Source: Mobula hypostoma
Taxonomy: Eukaryota
Direction of reading: 5' to 3'
Length of the DNA: 64,000 nucleotides
Assembly: GCF_963921235.1 (NCBI RefSeq)
Contig: NC_086097.1
Span: forward strand, 134,914,001-134,978,000
The position numbers and the translations under genes were made by a program. The notes below the pieces were generated by a model, which searched no databases, was not told the origin of the DNA, and was given only the letters and a program-made list of their open reading frames with translations. This document shows, piece by piece, positions 62,651 to 64,000 of the stretch. Numbering within the stretch: the stretch's first letter is position 1; each line of letters opens with the position of its first letter.

Positions 62651-62756
62651 GTTTACAACATATCTCGGAACATATGGTTCAGAATGGAGACAAGAATGGT
62701 GAAGAACATCTGTGGTCCTGCAGCTGTGATTGGGGACAGGATCATTATCGTAGGAG
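62651..62756 (+). CDS. KLHL38: KLHL38 second coding exon, 106 bp (VYNISRNIWFRMETRMVKNICGPAAVIGDRIIIVGG)
   Basis: aattcAG / GTaggt boundaries. Continues RLIQ in frame. Matches human VYHISRNSWFKMETRMIKNVCAPAVVLG. The final exon is beyond the window. Confidence 0.95.
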
Positions 62757-63039
62757 GTAGGTTGCAATACATTGCAATAATAGTCAGGATTATTTGTCCA
62801 GAGCAGACACATTGACACACAACTTAATGAGGCAGGGAGAAGTGGGTCCCAGGAGGTGAATATTTTTCTCCTTCAGTTCCATGTCTCAGTCCTGGTTTAT
62901 TATTGTCATCTATACTCAAATACGCTGAAAAGTTTATCTCGCATACTAAGTCCGCGCAGATTAAATCGTCACACAGTACAAGGTAAAACAATAACTATGC
63001 AGAGGAAGTGTAAAAACTACCAAAAGAGTTTTGCGAGAC

Positions 63040-63316
63040 CATGGATCTGTGCCCGGCAAGCCTTCACTCTCCAGGGCGCAGGCCTGGGCAAGGTTGTATG
63101 GAAGACCAGCAGTTGCCCCTGCTGCAAGTCTCCCCTCTCCACAGCACCAATGTTGTCCAAGGGAAGGGCATTAGGACCCATACAGCTTGGCACCAGTGTC
63201 ATCGCAGAGCAATATGTGATTAAGTGAAAGCTCAAGGACACAACACGTTCCCTTGGCTGGGGCTCGAACTCACGACCTTCAGGTCGCTAGTCCAGTGCCT
63301 TAACCACTTGGCCACG
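63040..63316 (-). mobile_element. tRNA-derived SINE
   Basis: Minus strand has A box TGGCCAAGTGG and B box GAGTTCGAGCC, followed by CORE-like GTTGTGTCCTTGAG. Confidence 0.7.
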
Positions 63317-64000
63317 TGTACCAAAAGAGTACTGTGCATGTAAACAATGAAGTGCAAGATCACAGCAAAGTCGATTGTGGGGCCAAGAGTTCATCTTATC
63401 ATACAAGAGCTCCATTCAAGAGTTTGAGGACAGTGGGATGGAAGCTGTCCTTGAGCCTGCTGCTAACTGCTTTCAGGCTTTTGTATCTTCTGCCTGAAAG
63501 GATATGCAAGAAGAGAAGATGTCCAGGGTGGTGGTGTCTTTGATTATGCTGGTTAATTTATTGAGGCTGTGAGAAGTATAGGCAGAGTCCATGGAGGGGA
63601 GGCTGGTTCCTGTGATGTGCTGAGCTGTGTTCACAACTCCCTGCAGTCTCTTGCAGTCATGTGCAGAGCAGTTGCCGTACCGAACCATTGTGTAACCAGG
63701 CAGAATGGTGCATCAATAAAAACTGGTAAACTGTACAGCCCAGTCCTGTGCTTGTCTTGGGAACAGTCCAGCAAACGCAATGCATGATACAGACCAGACA
63801 AGAAATACTGAGACCAATAATCACCCTCCTTCCCTGTTTATTACGAATAGAGAAATGTACAGAATGTGGAAGGATTCTGAGTAAATTAAGTCAAGTAATA
63901 TATGGAAGGGGAACTACATTGATGGAAAGGACAATTGGATTAAGGAAGAGTTAGATAAAAATCAGAAGTAAAAAGTTAAGAGAAAATAAATTAATCATTG

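Noticed and set aside
63245..63316. Functional tRNA gene
   Set aside because: A and B boxes are present, but the acceptor stem is poor and the sequence runs straight into SINE body.

Overview
Vertebrate, repeat-rich genomic DNA. The mix of CR1, V-SINE, Deu-SINE, Penelope and Rex1 repeats suggests a cartilaginous fish, probably a ray (inference). Two + strand spliced genes can be read directly. The first is annexin A13: nine coding exons from 4690 to the stop at 41206, with the N-terminal exons upstream of the window. The second is KLHL38: a large BTB-BACK-Kelch exon at 51921-53276 and a second coding exon at 62651-62756, with the last exon beyond the window. This is the same ANXA13-KLHL38 neighbourhood as in human. 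Introns and intergenic DNA hold nested transposons: a full-length decayed Gypsy element with both LTRs and a target-site duplication (TSD), a Tc1, a Tigger-like and a hAT MITE, CR1, Rex1 and Tx1 LINEs, and SINEs. The most notable unexplained structures are (i) a family of Penelope-derived fold-back insertions of 0.15-1.4 kb with TSDs and minimal hammerhead-ribozyme motifs, (ii) two large palindromes built from LTR-like sequence, one with TGT...ACA ends and a 4-bp TSD, and (iii) a C-terminal extension on ANXA13. Exon boundaries were counted by hand. Repeat boundaries without a TSD are approximate.
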